NCBI GenBank assembly: GCA_000004985.1 | Contig: GG738899.1 | DNA from: Naegleria gruberi | Taxonomy: Eukaryota | Direction: 5' to 3' (one strand) | Length of the DNA stretch: 64,000 nucleotides | Shown here: positions 1 to 10,657 of the stretch, piece after piece | Numbering within the stretch: position 1 is the stretch's first letter | Layout: the number at the start of each line of letters is the position of its first letter | Made by a program: the position numbers and the translations under genes | Notes under the pieces: generated by a model | The model's input: the letters and a program-made list of their open reading frames with translations, nothing else | Databases searched by the model: none | Told to the model about the DNA's origin: nothing

Positions 1-5
1 TAAGC

Positions 6-1058
6 TCAGAATTTTTCATACCACTTTACAGGGAGTTCTTGTAATAAATCTTTTTCTGGTTTTTGAGAAATCAGAGAGCAATGAAATTCCAAGTTTCCTC
101 TTTTTCCAACTCTAAATTGACCTCCAACGAATGATAACTTTCCATTCCTGAGAACATTTTCTTGCAAATGTTGATTATTGATAGTGACATAGTTTTTCCA
201 ACTCCAACCATTTTTCTCTTTTGAATTGAGTCTTCTGACAGTGTCATCTATCTCATCTAAAAACTTGTCAATTCCACCTGCAATAACTCTTTCATTATTG
301 AGGCTGACAAGAGTTTCGTTTTCTTGAATTTTTCCATCTCTTGTTCCAATCAAATTAGTGTGCATGTAGAAATCGACAATTATTTCCCTTGAGGGATTGG
401 TAGGATCTATAAATTTCATAACCATTGGATTGTTTCTGATAATATAAAAATTGTGAGTGGAATAATCGAAATTTCTTCCTGGACTTCTATTATAGCAAGT
501 AAGAAAATAGTGAATTAAGAGAATTTCGTCTGAACCTATTGGGCTGGTTTCTAATGGTTTCTTGTTGAATGAGCTAATAGGAGTTTTTGAATTTTTCAAC
601 AATATTTTACCATTTAGCTTTACAAATGGTTGTGATTGACCATTTTCAAGAGTTTCTTTCCATATCTTTTCATCCAAAAATTCAGAATTAATAATTTGAA
701 AGAAAACACCATCCCTTTCTTTGTCCCAATACCAAAACACAAGCAAGAACGAGGAAACCATTAAACATAATACAAATAAATTACTGGTGTAGCTTGTTCG
801 AAGTTTGCTCGCTGCAATTGTTATCACTGGTTCTCTTGCAACATGATTAGTATGGAATCTTCTCATCAAAGAGGATGCATGTTGTTGATTGACAGTTTTC
901 CAAGTGTTGAATTTTTTATTGGATGAGTTAAAGATTGAAAATTTTGAATATTGGAATGGTGGAACAAAGAATGTTAATTTGTTCTTGTTTGCACAACCTC
1001 TAAGCAAGTTAGAAATTAATCTGGAGGATGATCTTACTGGTTTTAAGAGTTTATTCAT
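6..1058 (-). CDS. Hypothetical type II membrane protein (350 aa) with a single N-proximal transmembrane helix and a large luminal or extracellular domain; possibly a Golgi glycosyltransferase-like protein.
   Basis: Complete ORF with ATG at 1056-1058 and TGA at 6-8. Hydrophobic segment FVLCLMVSSFLLVFWYW near the N-terminus. No motif I can name with confidence. Confidence 0.5.
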   Translation of the reverse strand: MNKLLKPVRSSSRLISNLLRGCANKNKLTFFVPPFQYSKFSIFNSSNKKFNTWKTVNQQHASSLMRRFHTNHVAREPVITIAASKLRTSYTSNLFVLCLMVSSFLLVFWYWDKERDGVFFQIINSEFLDEKIWKETLENGQSQPFVKLNGKILLKNSKTPISSFNKKPLETSPIGSDEILLIHYFLTCYNRSPGRNFDYSTHNFYIIRNNPMVMKFIDPTNPSREIIVDFYMHTNLIGTRDGKIQENETLVSLNNERVIAGGIDKFLDEIDDTVRRLNSKEKNGWSWKNYVTINNQHLQENVLRNGKLSFVGGQFRVGKRGNLEFHCSLISQKPEKDLLQELPVKWYEKF

Positions 1059-1209
1059 TTTTTTGATGAAACGTATTGTTCAAGACTAATATTAGTCATA
1101 AATAGATTGGACACTGGCCAATCAAAACATCTACAAGGAGAATTACATAATCTCTTTAAAAATATGAAAGTAACACGCACAAAATAGTATGAGACACTAC
1201 AAAATGTAC

Positions 1210-1282
1210 TCCCCCTGGTGGGCTCGAACCACCGACCTGCAGATTAACAGTCTGACGCTCTACCGACTGAGCTAAGGGGGAT
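1210..1282 (-). tRNA. tRNA-Asn (anticodon GUU)
   Basis: The reverse complement folds as a 73-nt cloverleaf: acceptor TCCCCCT/AGGGGGA, D-arm GCTCAGTCGGTAGAGC, anticodon loop CTGTTAA (anticodon GTT), T-arm GGTGGTTCGAGCCCACC. The anticodon stem has one U-C mismatch. A T-run follows on the coding strand. Confidence 0.85.
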
Positions 1283-1414
1283 TACATAAAATAAAAAAGA
1301 GTTTTGATAAACACTACGAAGTTAAAGGCATAGATCCCTACATGGAGGTATAGAAATAAATTACAGAACTTTTTATTAAAATTTCAATTATTTATTTTGA
1401 AAAAGAAATGTTAA

Positions 1415-4400
1415 TTACATGGTTGAAGTACTAGTAGCAGGCTTCAATCCTTCACCAACATATCTAATGGCATGCTTATTTTGTGAAATGGCAATACGAA
1501 CAGTCTCCTTATTGATAAATCTTTCAGCAAGTCTTCTCAATACAAGTCCATTTGTAGAGACAGCAACCTTTACCATATCTTCACTGATACGGTTGGCATG
1601 TCTGATGAGGAATGGATTCTTCTTGATAATAGGGGTCATGAATTCAATGTCAGATCTGAGGAATCTTGAAGCATAACGAATGGAATTCACACATTGATTA
1701 GTGGCAACGGCAACGAGTTCCTTATCAAAGGTATATTCATTTGGAAGATAGTCCAACAATCTACCATTCTTCTTGAGAGCTAATTCGCACAATTCTCGGT
1801 TAATCTTGTTAGATTTCAAGAATTGAATGCAATTTCCATATCTCTTGACAGACTCTCTAACAAATTCATCATCATTTCTCAAAGATTCGTCCAAAAATTC
1901 GAATGATTTACCATTACTTGTCTTGAGTGAAATCTTGGCAATTTCCAAATCCTTCTTCAATTCTGATGGAGCAAACTTGACAGCCAATCCACAATTTTTT
2001 ACAGCATCCAAAACAATTTGCTTGGTGTTTTGCAAATCAGCAGAGGCAAACTTTAAGGCACGACCATTTACTGAAACTGCCTTTTGAACAATTTCGTAAT
2101 CACTTCTGAATGGAATTGCCAAATATTCCAAGGCAAGACCATTAATGGCAATTGCTAATAGTGCAAATTCTCTGTCTTGTTTGAGGGTTTCACTGGCATG
2201 TTTGAGGGATTTTCTATTCTTCTTGAAACAATCGAGGACAAACTTGGAATCACTCTTCAAATCATCAGAGGCGAGTTTGAGGATAGTAGCTCTGTGATTG
2301 ATTGCTTCCTTGATGTGAGAGGTGTCGAAGGATTGGTCAACCTTTTTTGGATTCTTACGAGCAAGTGAGAGTTTGACATCTGAATCTTGTTGTAATTCCT
2401 TAGAAAGATAAACGAATGATTTTCCACTTTGATTGAGAGCTACCAAAGCAACTTGTTTGTTATTTCTCATATCTTCAGATGCAAATCTAATGGCAGATCC
2501 ATTTTGCTTGACAGCTGCCAAAACAACACTCAAATTATTCTTCAAATCATTGGAAGCATAATCCAACAACAAACCATCCTTCTTGACAACTTTCAAGGTA
2601 ACTTGTTCATTGTTTTGCATTTCCTTAGAAATGAATTTGTAAGCGTCCTTACTGCTCTCAATAGCTCTCTCAACAATTTCCAAATCTTCCTTAAGATGTT
2701 CATTGAGATATTTGATAGAGTCTCCATTATTGGCAACTGCCTTCAATGCAAATTCTCTTTCATTTCTCAAATCGAGAGGTAAATATTGAAGAATTTCAAC
2801 ACCCTTATGATTCAAAGCAGCGTTAGCAATTTCCTTATCAATAATAGTACTACAGGCATATCTGATAGCAGTAGAGTCACATTCAACAGCATATTTTGTG
2901 AATTCCTTATCTTCCCACAAATCAATTGAGACATATTTCAAACTGTCATAGCTTTCCTTGACAGCAACTCTGGCATATTCCTTGTAATCCTTGGAATTTT
3001 CGTCCAAATATTTGAGTGAAGCTCCTTCATAGTACAAGGAAGCAAGAACAACATCTCTGTCACTTAACAAACTCTCGTGAACGTATCTGATGGCGCTTCT
3101 GTCAGTTTTCATAGCTGCCAATGCAATTTCCTTATCCTTGAGAATTTCCTCATCAAATACATATTGTAAACTGGAGCCATATTCTTGAATAGCTGTCATG
3201 ACAATTTCTCTATCTTTCTTAATATTTTCTGGAAGATATTCCAAAAGACATCCTTCAATTCTTACTAATTTCAGTAAAGCTTGTTTGTCATGTCTCAATG
3301 GATGATCAGGAAGTTTGGCCAAAACCAAAGGTTGCTTTACAAGAGCTTCACTAATAAATTCAGGATCATTTCTGAATTTTTCTGGAACATACTTGATATT
3401 ATCTCTATTTTCAATCACAGCTCTGAGGCAGAGTTCTCTATCATTCATAATATCATCGTGACTGATAAAGTATTCTAAACCACATGAAGGCAAGGCAATC
3501 TTGACAAGTTTTGGATCATTTCTCAATTCGAAAGGAATATAATTAATGGAATACTTGCTGGACTGAATGGCAGTCATGTAAACATCTCTTTGTAAGGCAA
3601 GATGAAGTGGTGCATACTTGATTAAATCTCCACTCTTTCTAATGGCAGTCATGAGAATTTCCTTATCATTCAATAATTCAACTGGAAGATATTCGTAGAC
3701 GTTTGGTTCCTTTTCAATAATTCTCATAACAAATTCTCTATCTCTTTGGAGTTCAGCACTGGCATATCTGAATGCTGTATAATAATTCTCCACAGCTGTT
3801 GTGACAATATATCGATCATTGGTGAATTTGGAACCAGCAAAGAGAAGTGCACCTCCACTGCATCTCACAGCTTCCAATACAATTTCATAATCTTCTCTCA
3901 ATTCAAGAGCAGCAAATGCAAGAGCATCACCATTTTCTTGAACTGCAATTTTGACAATTTCTCTGTCAGCTTTGAGTTCTTCACTGGCATATTCTAAACA
4001 TCTTCCATCAAGATATACTGCAAACTTTACAAAATCTCTATTAGAAAGAAATTCTGGATCAACAATGGCATCAATAGATCTTTCCTTGACAGCTGTCATT
4101 ACAACTTGAAGATTGCTTGCAAATTCCTTGCAGGCATGTTCAAAAACGTAACTGCTGTCTCTAACACAAATCTTGACAAGCTCTGCATCTGAAAGATGAG
4201 TTTCATCATCAATATATCTCAAAATAGATCCATCCATTTTCAATGCCTTCTTAACAATTTCTCTATCAGATTGCAACTCTGATGGGAAGTAACGAATGTA
4301 ACTGCACTTTAAGGCATTCATGTAAATCTCAGCGTCATTCTTGAAATGTTCACACTCCTGTAAGACACTTCCATTGTTCTTGATGAGTCTCTTGATGAAA

Positions 4401-6745
4401 TCTCTGTCACTCAATAATTCCTCTGAGAGAATCTTTGGTTCAACGGCAATTCCATGATCGAGTAATTTGGTCATGAATTCTCTGTCTTCTCCTAATTTTG
4501 TATCAATATCGTTGAATCCATACTGATTGGTAAGGAGTGAGAGTAGAGCAATTTCTCTATCTCCCTTAAACTTTGGCAAATCTTCAATGTTTCCACCATT
4601 AAATTGACAAACTGTTTTGGCAAATTCTCTGTCGCTTCTGAGTCTTTCAGAAGCAAATTTGAGAGAATTATAATTGCCCTTACCTGACCAGAGAACAATC
4701 TTTTCATCATCTTTTTGTTGCTTGGTAACATATTCAAGAACTCTTCCATCATTTTCCAATGCAACCATTACAAGAGAAATGTCTTTTTTCAATTCATCAC
4801 TGGCATGAGCAAATGCTCTACCATCCATTCTAATTGCAGTTGAGACAATTTCTCTATCATTCTTGAGTTCTTTAGAGGTATACTCCAAAGCATCTCCTGA
4901 TTTCATTACTGCTCTCAACACGACCCCTCTGTCATTCTTGAGGTCACTCGAAGCATACTCCAATGCTGAGCCATTTTCAGAGACTGCCATCAGGACAATT
5001 TCCTTATCGTTTTTGAGCTCAGCAGAGGCAAATTCAAGTTCTCTACCGTTATTCTTGACCAATTCCATAACAATCTCTCTGTCATTCTTCATTTCATCAT
5101 TCAAATATTCCAGGATAGAGCCCCATCTTGAGAAGCTAGATTTGAGTTTGATTATTTGCAAACATAAATCTCTATCATTCTTGATATTATCTGAAACATA
5201 TTGTAAAGCATTAGTGTTCGAAGAGAGGGCAAGCTTTACAATTTCAAAATCATCTTTCAATTCATCAGAAGCATAAGCAAGAGCTGAACCATCTTGTCTG
5301 ACAGCTTGTTTGACAATCTCTCTGTCAGATTTAACTTCTTCTGGGGCAAATTCCAAAGCAGAACCACGAACCTTGATAGCAGCCTTAACAATTTCAATAT
5401 TTTCTTTGATTTCATCAGAGGCATACTCTAAAACTGAGCCATTCTTTCTGAGTGCCTTCTTGACAATTTCAATATTATTCTTGATATCATCTGAGAGATA
5501 GCTGAGAGCTCTTGGATCTTCTTCGAGGGCAATTAATGCAATTTCCTCATCATTCTTCAAATTATCTGAAGCATATTCAACAATACGACCATTCTTTCTA
5601 ACAGCCATTTTGACAATTTCTCTATCATCTTTCAAGGAATCATCAACGTATTCCAATACATCTGCATTAATCTTGATAGCTTGTTTCACAAACTCTCTAT
5701 CTTGTTTCAATTCATCAGAAACATATCCACATGCTCTGGCATTACTAGAAATGGCAGCAAGGGCAATTTCCTGATCAGATTTAAACTCATCCACAACATA
5801 TTCCATCACATATCCATCTGATTTGACAGCTTTCAACACCAAATCTCTATCACTTTGCAATTCTTCTGGTATTTCCCTTAAATCACTTCCATTTACCAGT
5901 AAAACAGCTTCAACCACTTCACGATCCTGTTTCAATTCATCAGATAAATCGCTCACTAATGAACCGAAAAAGAATGAACATCCTTCTTCCTTTACACCTT
6001 TCAAAACCTTCAAACAAAGATCCTTTTCAGTTCTGAACTTTGGATGAGCATGTGAAAAAACAGTTCCATTATATGACTTGGCAATTGCACTAATCACAAT
6101 ATCAATGTCAGCTTTCAATTCTTCTGGACAAAATTCAAGTGCAGAGCCACTCTTATCCAAAGCTATGAGTGCCAATTCTTTATCTTCTCTCAATTCTTCT
6201 GATGCAAATTGGAAAGCATCTCCATCATTCTGAACTGCAATTTTCACAATTTCATAATCAGCTTTCAATTCATCAGATAAATATTCCAAATTAGAACCAG
6301 CATCTTCAAGAACAATTAGTGCAATTTCTCTGTCGTTTTTCAATTCGTCTGATGCATATTTGATGGATGATTTATCTTCTTTAATGGCCAATAGAACTAA
6401 TTCTTTATCATTTCGTAAAGAATCGGATGCATTTTCTAATAAATTGCCTCGTTTAGGGAGAGCTTTCAAAAACACTAGTTTACAATCATTGTCTGGGAAT
6501 GGATTTTCTGTTAAAAAATCGTCAACGGCAAAGTAATCATCATCAATTCGTCCAAAAGCTTCGAATAATTGTTCCAAATGTTCGAAAGCTTGTTTCTGAC
6601 GATTAACAACTTGATTACGTAAATAGATTCGATGATTTAACAGAATGGAATATGCAGAATTATTGTTGCCATCACATGAATGATCATAGCTTGATCCTCC
6701 ATTAGCGTTCAATGTGACAATTCTAGCATCTTCAAAGTTTGACAT
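1415..6745 (-). CDS. Giant tandem-repeat protein (1776 aa) built from about 40 copies of a roughly 35-36-aa repeat; the repeat resembles the Pfam DUF4116 repeat (my recollection, unverified).
   Basis: Single uninterrupted ORF, ATG at 6743-6745, TAA stop. The repeat appears as variations of SDELKNDREIVLKAVKQNGSALEYASEELKND almost end to end, with a non-repeat N-terminus of about 170 aa. The small ORFs on the opposite strand are antisense artefacts of the repeats. Confidence 0.8.
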   Translation of the reverse strand: MSNFEDARIVTLNANGGSSYDHSCDGNNNSAYSILLNHRIYLRNQVVNRQKQAFEHLEQLFEAFGRIDDDYFAVDDFLTENPFPDNDCKLVFLKALPKRGNLLENASDSLRNDKELVLLAIKEDKSSIKYASDELKNDREIALIVLEDAGSNLEYLSDELKADYEIVKIAVQNDGDAFQFASEELREDKELALIALDKSGSALEFCPEELKADIDIVISAIAKSYNGTVFSHAHPKFRTEKDLCLKVLKGVKEEGCSFFFGSLVSDLSDELKQDREVVEAVLLVNGSDLREIPEELQSDRDLVLKAVKSDGYVMEYVVDEFKSDQEIALAAISSNARACGYVSDELKQDREFVKQAIKINADVLEYVDDSLKDDREIVKMAVRKNGRIVEYASDNLKNDEEIALIALEEDPRALSYLSDDIKNNIEIVKKALRKNGSVLEYASDEIKENIEIVKAAIKVRGSALEFAPEEVKSDREIVKQAVRQDGSALAYASDELKDDFEIVKLALSSNTNALQYVSDNIKNDRDLCLQIIKLKSSFSRWGSILEYLNDEMKNDREIVMELVKNNGRELEFASAELKNDKEIVLMAVSENGSALEYASSDLKNDRGVVLRAVMKSGDALEYTSKELKNDREIVSTAIRMDGRAFAHASDELKKDISLVMVALENDGRVLEYVTKQQKDDEKIVLWSGKGNYNSLKFASERLRSDREFAKTVCQFNGGNIEDLPKFKGDREIALLSLLTNQYGFNDIDTKLGEDREFMTKLLDHGIAVEPKILSEELLSDRDFIKRLIKNNGSVLQECEHFKNDAEIYMNALKCSYIRYFPSELQSDREIVKKALKMDGSILRYIDDETHLSDAELVKICVRDSSYVFEHACKEFASNLQVVMTAVKERSIDAIVDPEFLSNRDFVKFAVYLDGRCLEYASEELKADREIVKIAVQENGDALAFAALELREDYEIVLEAVRCSGGALLFAGSKFTNDRYIVTTAVENYYTAFRYASAELQRDREFVMRIIEKEPNVYEYLPVELLNDKEILMTAIRKSGDLIKYAPLHLALQRDVYMTAIQSSKYSINYIPFELRNDPKLVKIALPSCGLEYFISHDDIMNDRELCLRAVIENRDNIKYVPEKFRNDPEFISEALVKQPLVLAKLPDHPLRHDKQALLKLVRIEGCLLEYLPENIKKDREIVMTAIQEYGSSLQYVFDEEILKDKEIALAAMKTDRSAIRYVHESLLSDRDVVLASLYYEGASLKYLDENSKDYKEYARVAVKESYDSLKYVSIDLWEDKEFTKYAVECDSTAIRYACSTIIDKEIANAALNHKGVEILQYLPLDLRNEREFALKAVANNGDSIKYLNEHLKEDLEIVERAIESSKDAYKFISKEMQNNEQVTLKVVKKDGLLLDYASNDLKNNLSVVLAAVKQNGSAIRFASEDMRNNKQVALVALNQSGKSFVYLSKELQQDSDVKLSLARKNPKKVDQSFDTSHIKEAINHRATILKLASDDLKSDSKFVLDCFKKNRKSLKHASETLKQDREFALLAIAINGLALEYLAIPFRSDYEIVQKAVSVNGRALKFASADLQNTKQIVLDAVKNCGLAVKFAPSELKKDLEIAKISLKTSNGKSFEFLDESLRNDDEFVRESVKRYGNCIQFLKSNKINRELCELALKKNGRLLDYLPNEYTFDKELVAVATNQCVNSIRYASRFLRSDIEFMTPIIKKNPFLIRHANRISEDMVKVAVSTNGLVLRRLAERFINKETVRIAISQNKHAIRYVGEGLKPATSTSTM

Positions 6746-6990
6746 TTTTTATGTGTTTGAATTTTGACGTTTTCCTTTATCACATTTAAAGCAACCAAGA
6801 ATAGATTTGGTTTGATGTTAAAAAACTTTGAGTCGACGTTCACTGACTTGGTTCATTATTGTCGCCCTTACAAGTTATGAAAAGTTCGCAAATTGATTGC
6901 AAGTTGAACGAATAAGATCTAATAATGTTAAAAAGTCACAGTTTTTTACAACAATGTTCAGCTTTTGGTAACCAAAAAACTAAAAACATT

Positions 6991-7064
6991 TACCGACAAT
7001 GGGGCTCGAACCCACGACCCCAGGATTAGAAGTCCTGTGCTCTATCCAACTGAGCTATGACGGC
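6991..7064 (-). tRNA. tRNA-Arg (anticodon UCU)
   Basis: Reverse complement: GCCGTCA-TA-GCTCAGTTGGATAGAGC-A-CAGGA CTTCTAA TCCTG-GGGTC-GTGGG TTCGAGC CCCAT-TGTCGGT-A. The anticodon stem is perfect; the loop is CTTCTAA, giving anticodon TCT. One U-U mismatch (5-68) in the acceptor stem and a G-U (49-65) in the T-stem. T-runs follow downstream on the coding strand. Confidence 0.7.
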
Positions 7065-7441
7065 ATCACATAGAAATGGGTCAAAGGATTAAATTCTTAC
7101 TATTCACCTCAGACCACAAAGTAGGTATACCGTAGGTACCCACACTTTAATATTCTTTGAAATTTTATGGTGCATATTTATCTTGAAACATTGAAACAGA
7201 GCTATCATTGCAATTTGATTCCAGAAATGTTTAAGGTGTTACTCATGATAATGTGCTTAAATTTTGGTACGATTGTAGCCCCTTACAATAAATCTTCTAT
7301 TTTTAAAGGTCATGACATAAGGGTGAACTTTGCGCCATAAAACAAGATAAAACACGCCAAGATCTTGCTGAGACAAAATTTCAACAACAAAAAAACAAAT
7401 TAATTGATAATAATCATAATTATAATAATAATAATTAGAAA

Positions 7442-8509
7442 ATGATTAATAATAACACTGCCAACACTAATGCTTCCGAACCAATTGGAATTAAATTAAA
7501 TTATATAATGAAGAAGCATGATGATGATCAAATTATTGAACAAAGTTTGCCTTCCTTCTCTCCATTGGAAAATCTTCAAGATTTGAAAGATTATATTGAA
7601 AAGCAATTTAATTCAAATTTGATGAATGATGAAGAACCAAAATCCGTCAAGATTGTTAAAGTTAAGGATTTCAAGGCAAAATCTGGTAAAAAGTTTAGAG
7701 CCCTTCATACTGATGAAGATTGGACCAATTCTATTAATTCCATTCTTCAACATCGTCTTGATTCCTCTACCACAACTTCTGTTGAACCATTCATTGTTGA
7801 TTTCAAGATTAGAATGAAAAAATCCAAGAAGGATAAAGTTTCTAATGATAAGAGTGAAAGAAAAGCTGAAAGAGAGCTCAAGAAACAAGAACGTCAAGAA
7901 AAACGTCGTTTCCAAAATGAAGAATCTCAAAAGATTCATGCTGATGATGTAATTCTTGTAGATGAAAGTACTGGAATTGCATCCAAGATGAATCCAGAAA
8001 TTAGTAGAATTATCATTGATGGTAATAATCTCTTCTTCCAAACCAGTACTTTGAGAGGTTTAATTCTAAAGAGTAAGAAGAAACACCAAGTTGAAGAATT
8101 ACTAGTTCATATGGCTAAAAAGTATTCTCAATTCTCTGAAACAACTTTCAATCAAAAATTGAATTTAATGCATGTTGTTTTCGATGCTTCAAGCAATCAA
8201 GTTAATGGTACTTCCAATGATGGAACATTTGTTGTTTCATCTGCCAAGAAGGAAGGTTTCACCATTGCTGATGATATGCTTGTTGAATTAGCAAATAGAC
8301 AAAATATTGCTGGCACTTTGGATTCTTGTCTATTTGTTACATCTGATAGAGGATTGAGAGAACGTTTGAAGTCCATTGGAGCTAAATGTATCAAGTCTGG
8401 AAGATGGATGGCATTTGCTCATGCTCATCTTTGTCCAAATGCATCCACTACTTCAATTGATGACTGGACTGCTCAATTATTGAGTGAAGTTACTAATGAA
8501 AGTAACTAA
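7442..8509 (+). CDS. Hypothetical protein (355 aa); weak resemblance to a NYN/PIN-like nuclease fold in the C-terminal half (IIIDGNNLFF ... FVTSDRGL).
   Basis: Clean ORF ATG..TAA with a lysine/glutamate-rich middle. The domain call comes from motif resemblance only. Confidence 0.5.
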   Translation: MINNNTANTNASEPIGIKLNYIMKKHDDDQIIEQSLPSFSPLENLQDLKDYIEKQFNSNLMNDEEPKSVKIVKVKDFKAKSGKKFRALHTDEDWTNSINSILQHRLDSSTTTSVEPFIVDFKIRMKKSKKDKVSNDKSERKAERELKKQERQEKRRFQNEESQKIHADDVILVDESTGIASKMNPEISRIIIDGNNLFFQTSTLRGLILKSKKKHQVEELLVHMAKKYSQFSETTFNQKLNLMHVVFDASSNQVNGTSNDGTFVVSSAKKEGFTIADDMLVELANRQNIAGTLDSCLFVTSDRGLRERLKSIGAKCIKSGRWMAFAHAHLCPNASTTSIDDWTAQLLSEVTNESN

Positions 8510-9413
8510 ATTGAGATTTTAATATTAAGATGGCACAAAGATTATCCTTAATATTCATTAATTAATAAATATTGTATTGATTACAACCCTCTAAATTGTT
8601 ATCAAAAGAATCCTTTCATGGCAGTAAAAGCAACAAGAGTTTCTGTTCAAATCCTAGAATTAACAGGAAGGGTGAAGGTAAACTGACAAAACTGTTCCTT
8701 TAACAACCCAACAATTTATTTGTTTTTATCAATCTCCACTGTTGAGTTTACAAACAAAAAACCGTGTCTTTGTTTGGGCACTCTTGTTTTGCAACTCAAG
8801 AATTCCCAAGTCTGAGACGAAAAAAAATACCTCCATTCACTCATGACCAAATTGCTTGAATGAAAATATCTACCTGCCTTTCAAAGAAAGGCAGCTGCAA
8901 ATCAAATGTTGTTGCTCTGAATTCAACACAGTCGAAAGAGCATGTAAGCCAACAATATCAGAACTATTGTAAAGATATACACCGCCTCATACAACATGTC
9001 ATCTTGGTTGTATACAACAGACAACGCATACTCCATCCCTTTTCTTTTTACAACCAATCTTCCTCGAATGGTAAAGAACATTCCTGATCAACATTCCTCT
9101 TCTTGATTTTAACTCCATGATTAGAAACACTAGTTTTGTTAACATGATCTTCATCAACTAATCATATCCCAGCACATGCCACATGTGAGAGTTATTATAA
9201 CAACAAGTTAAGTTACAACATCCATATACATGCAACAGATAAATGGCGGAATGTCCAAAAATGGATAAAAAAGAAGGTTTCTCTCTAAAGGCAAACACAA
9301 AAAAGCTAAAGACATGCTGATGGATTGAAATGTTTTGGGAGGACGCAACGTTTTCACACAATAATAGTAGTAGTACTCTGTGGTGATGAGGTGATTATCA
9401 CAATAATAAGGAG

Positions 9414-9980
9414 GTGGACAGATGCGTTCCACTAGTATTTTCACAACACAAAAAAACACAAACAACAACAATGCAAACAGTACAACCAACAACAATCACC
9501 AATATTTCAGAACGTGAAGACATGATGGTGGATGCATACATATCACAACACCATAACACACATCTGCCACTTGCCAATACAAATTATTCACAAACTAGAA
9601 TAATTGTTAACATGAATATTCATCCAATATCCATGCATGCATTCGATTCAACAACATGTCCAGACCCTTTCAAAGATACTCTTGAATACTATTGCAAAAT
9701 TGGAATCTTCATCAATAACTTGCCACAATTTCACAATGAGCAAACATTCTTTGTTTTCTACATTCAAAACAAGCAAACCCTCGAATACAAGGAATGGATA
9801 AGATTTGAAGGAGCTGATGGTAATTATAAGGATATTTGCTTTGGATCACTCTTCTTGAATTATATGGAAGCTATGAATTTACTCAATTCTACATGTAGAA
9901 TGGTAATGATACATGGATCACATCAGAGATCACGTGAACAGGCAGTAGAATTGCGCACTACACTTGCTTATAAGGGTTAA
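9414..9980 (+). CDS. Hypothetical protein (188 aa), no recognisable domain.
   Basis: ORF from the track. It sits in an otherwise feature-poor AT-rich stretch and may not be a real gene. Confidence 0.25.
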   Translation: MDRCVPLVFSQHKKTQTTTMQTVQPTTITNISEREDMMVDAYISQHHNTHLPLANTNYSQTRIIVNMNIHPISMHAFDSTTCPDPFKDTLEYYCKIGIFINNLPQFHNEQTFFVFYIQNKQTLEYKEWIRFEGADGNYKDICFGSLFLNYMEAMNLLNSTCRMVMIHGSHQRSREQAVELRTTLAYKG

Positions 9981-10657
9981 TGACATGCTGTTATTGAAAA
10001 TAATAATTAGTAATGATATTGATCAAGCCTCAATATTGAGTTTTAGAAAGCTAATGAGAAATGATCTCATAGTTCCAATTTTTGCAGAGTTTTAAATTAA
10101 AAATAATAAAAATATATTTAAATAAAATAATAATAATATAATAATTAAATTAATAGCAATAAGTGGCTCGGATAATTTTTTTAAAGTATTTGTTTGTTAT
10201 TTTCATCATGATGAAATGTTTCCCGCCATCTTCCTTAAAAAAATGAAATGATTCGGAAGCCTTGAACTTCTTAATACTCTAACTCAAAAATTGCAAGACT
10301 TTTTCGAGAGATCAACGTTGATTCACCATCAAGCTATTTGTAATCTGAACTGTAGTAGGAGGAGAATGGAACAATGATGAACAAGAAAATACAAAAGTGG
10401 AAAGTAAAATTATTTAAAATCAATTGGTGAACCAACACGTTCAACAAAACCAGATGTTGCATCAACACCAAAGGCATCATTCATATAATTAATAATTGAA
10501 TAATAATATTACAATAATTGAATGGATTCACATGTGAAGAACTGAAAATTGTTGCTATTGTGTACTGGTATTTGGAACATTATTGTCTTGTGTCAGCCAT
10601 TGTTCTTTAAGGATCTCATCAATCAACAAGTGATCCTGTCCGTTAAAAAATATTTTA

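Noticed and set aside
1419-5501. Several 60-140-aa plus-strand ORFs (1419-1676, 1827-2087, 2429-2782, 4863-5276, 5310-5501 and others) inside the DUF4116-like gene
   Set aside because: They are antisense or alternative-frame artefacts of the long repeat gene: low-complexity Ser/Leu/Phe-rich translations, entirely contained within a 5.3-kb ORF on the other strand.
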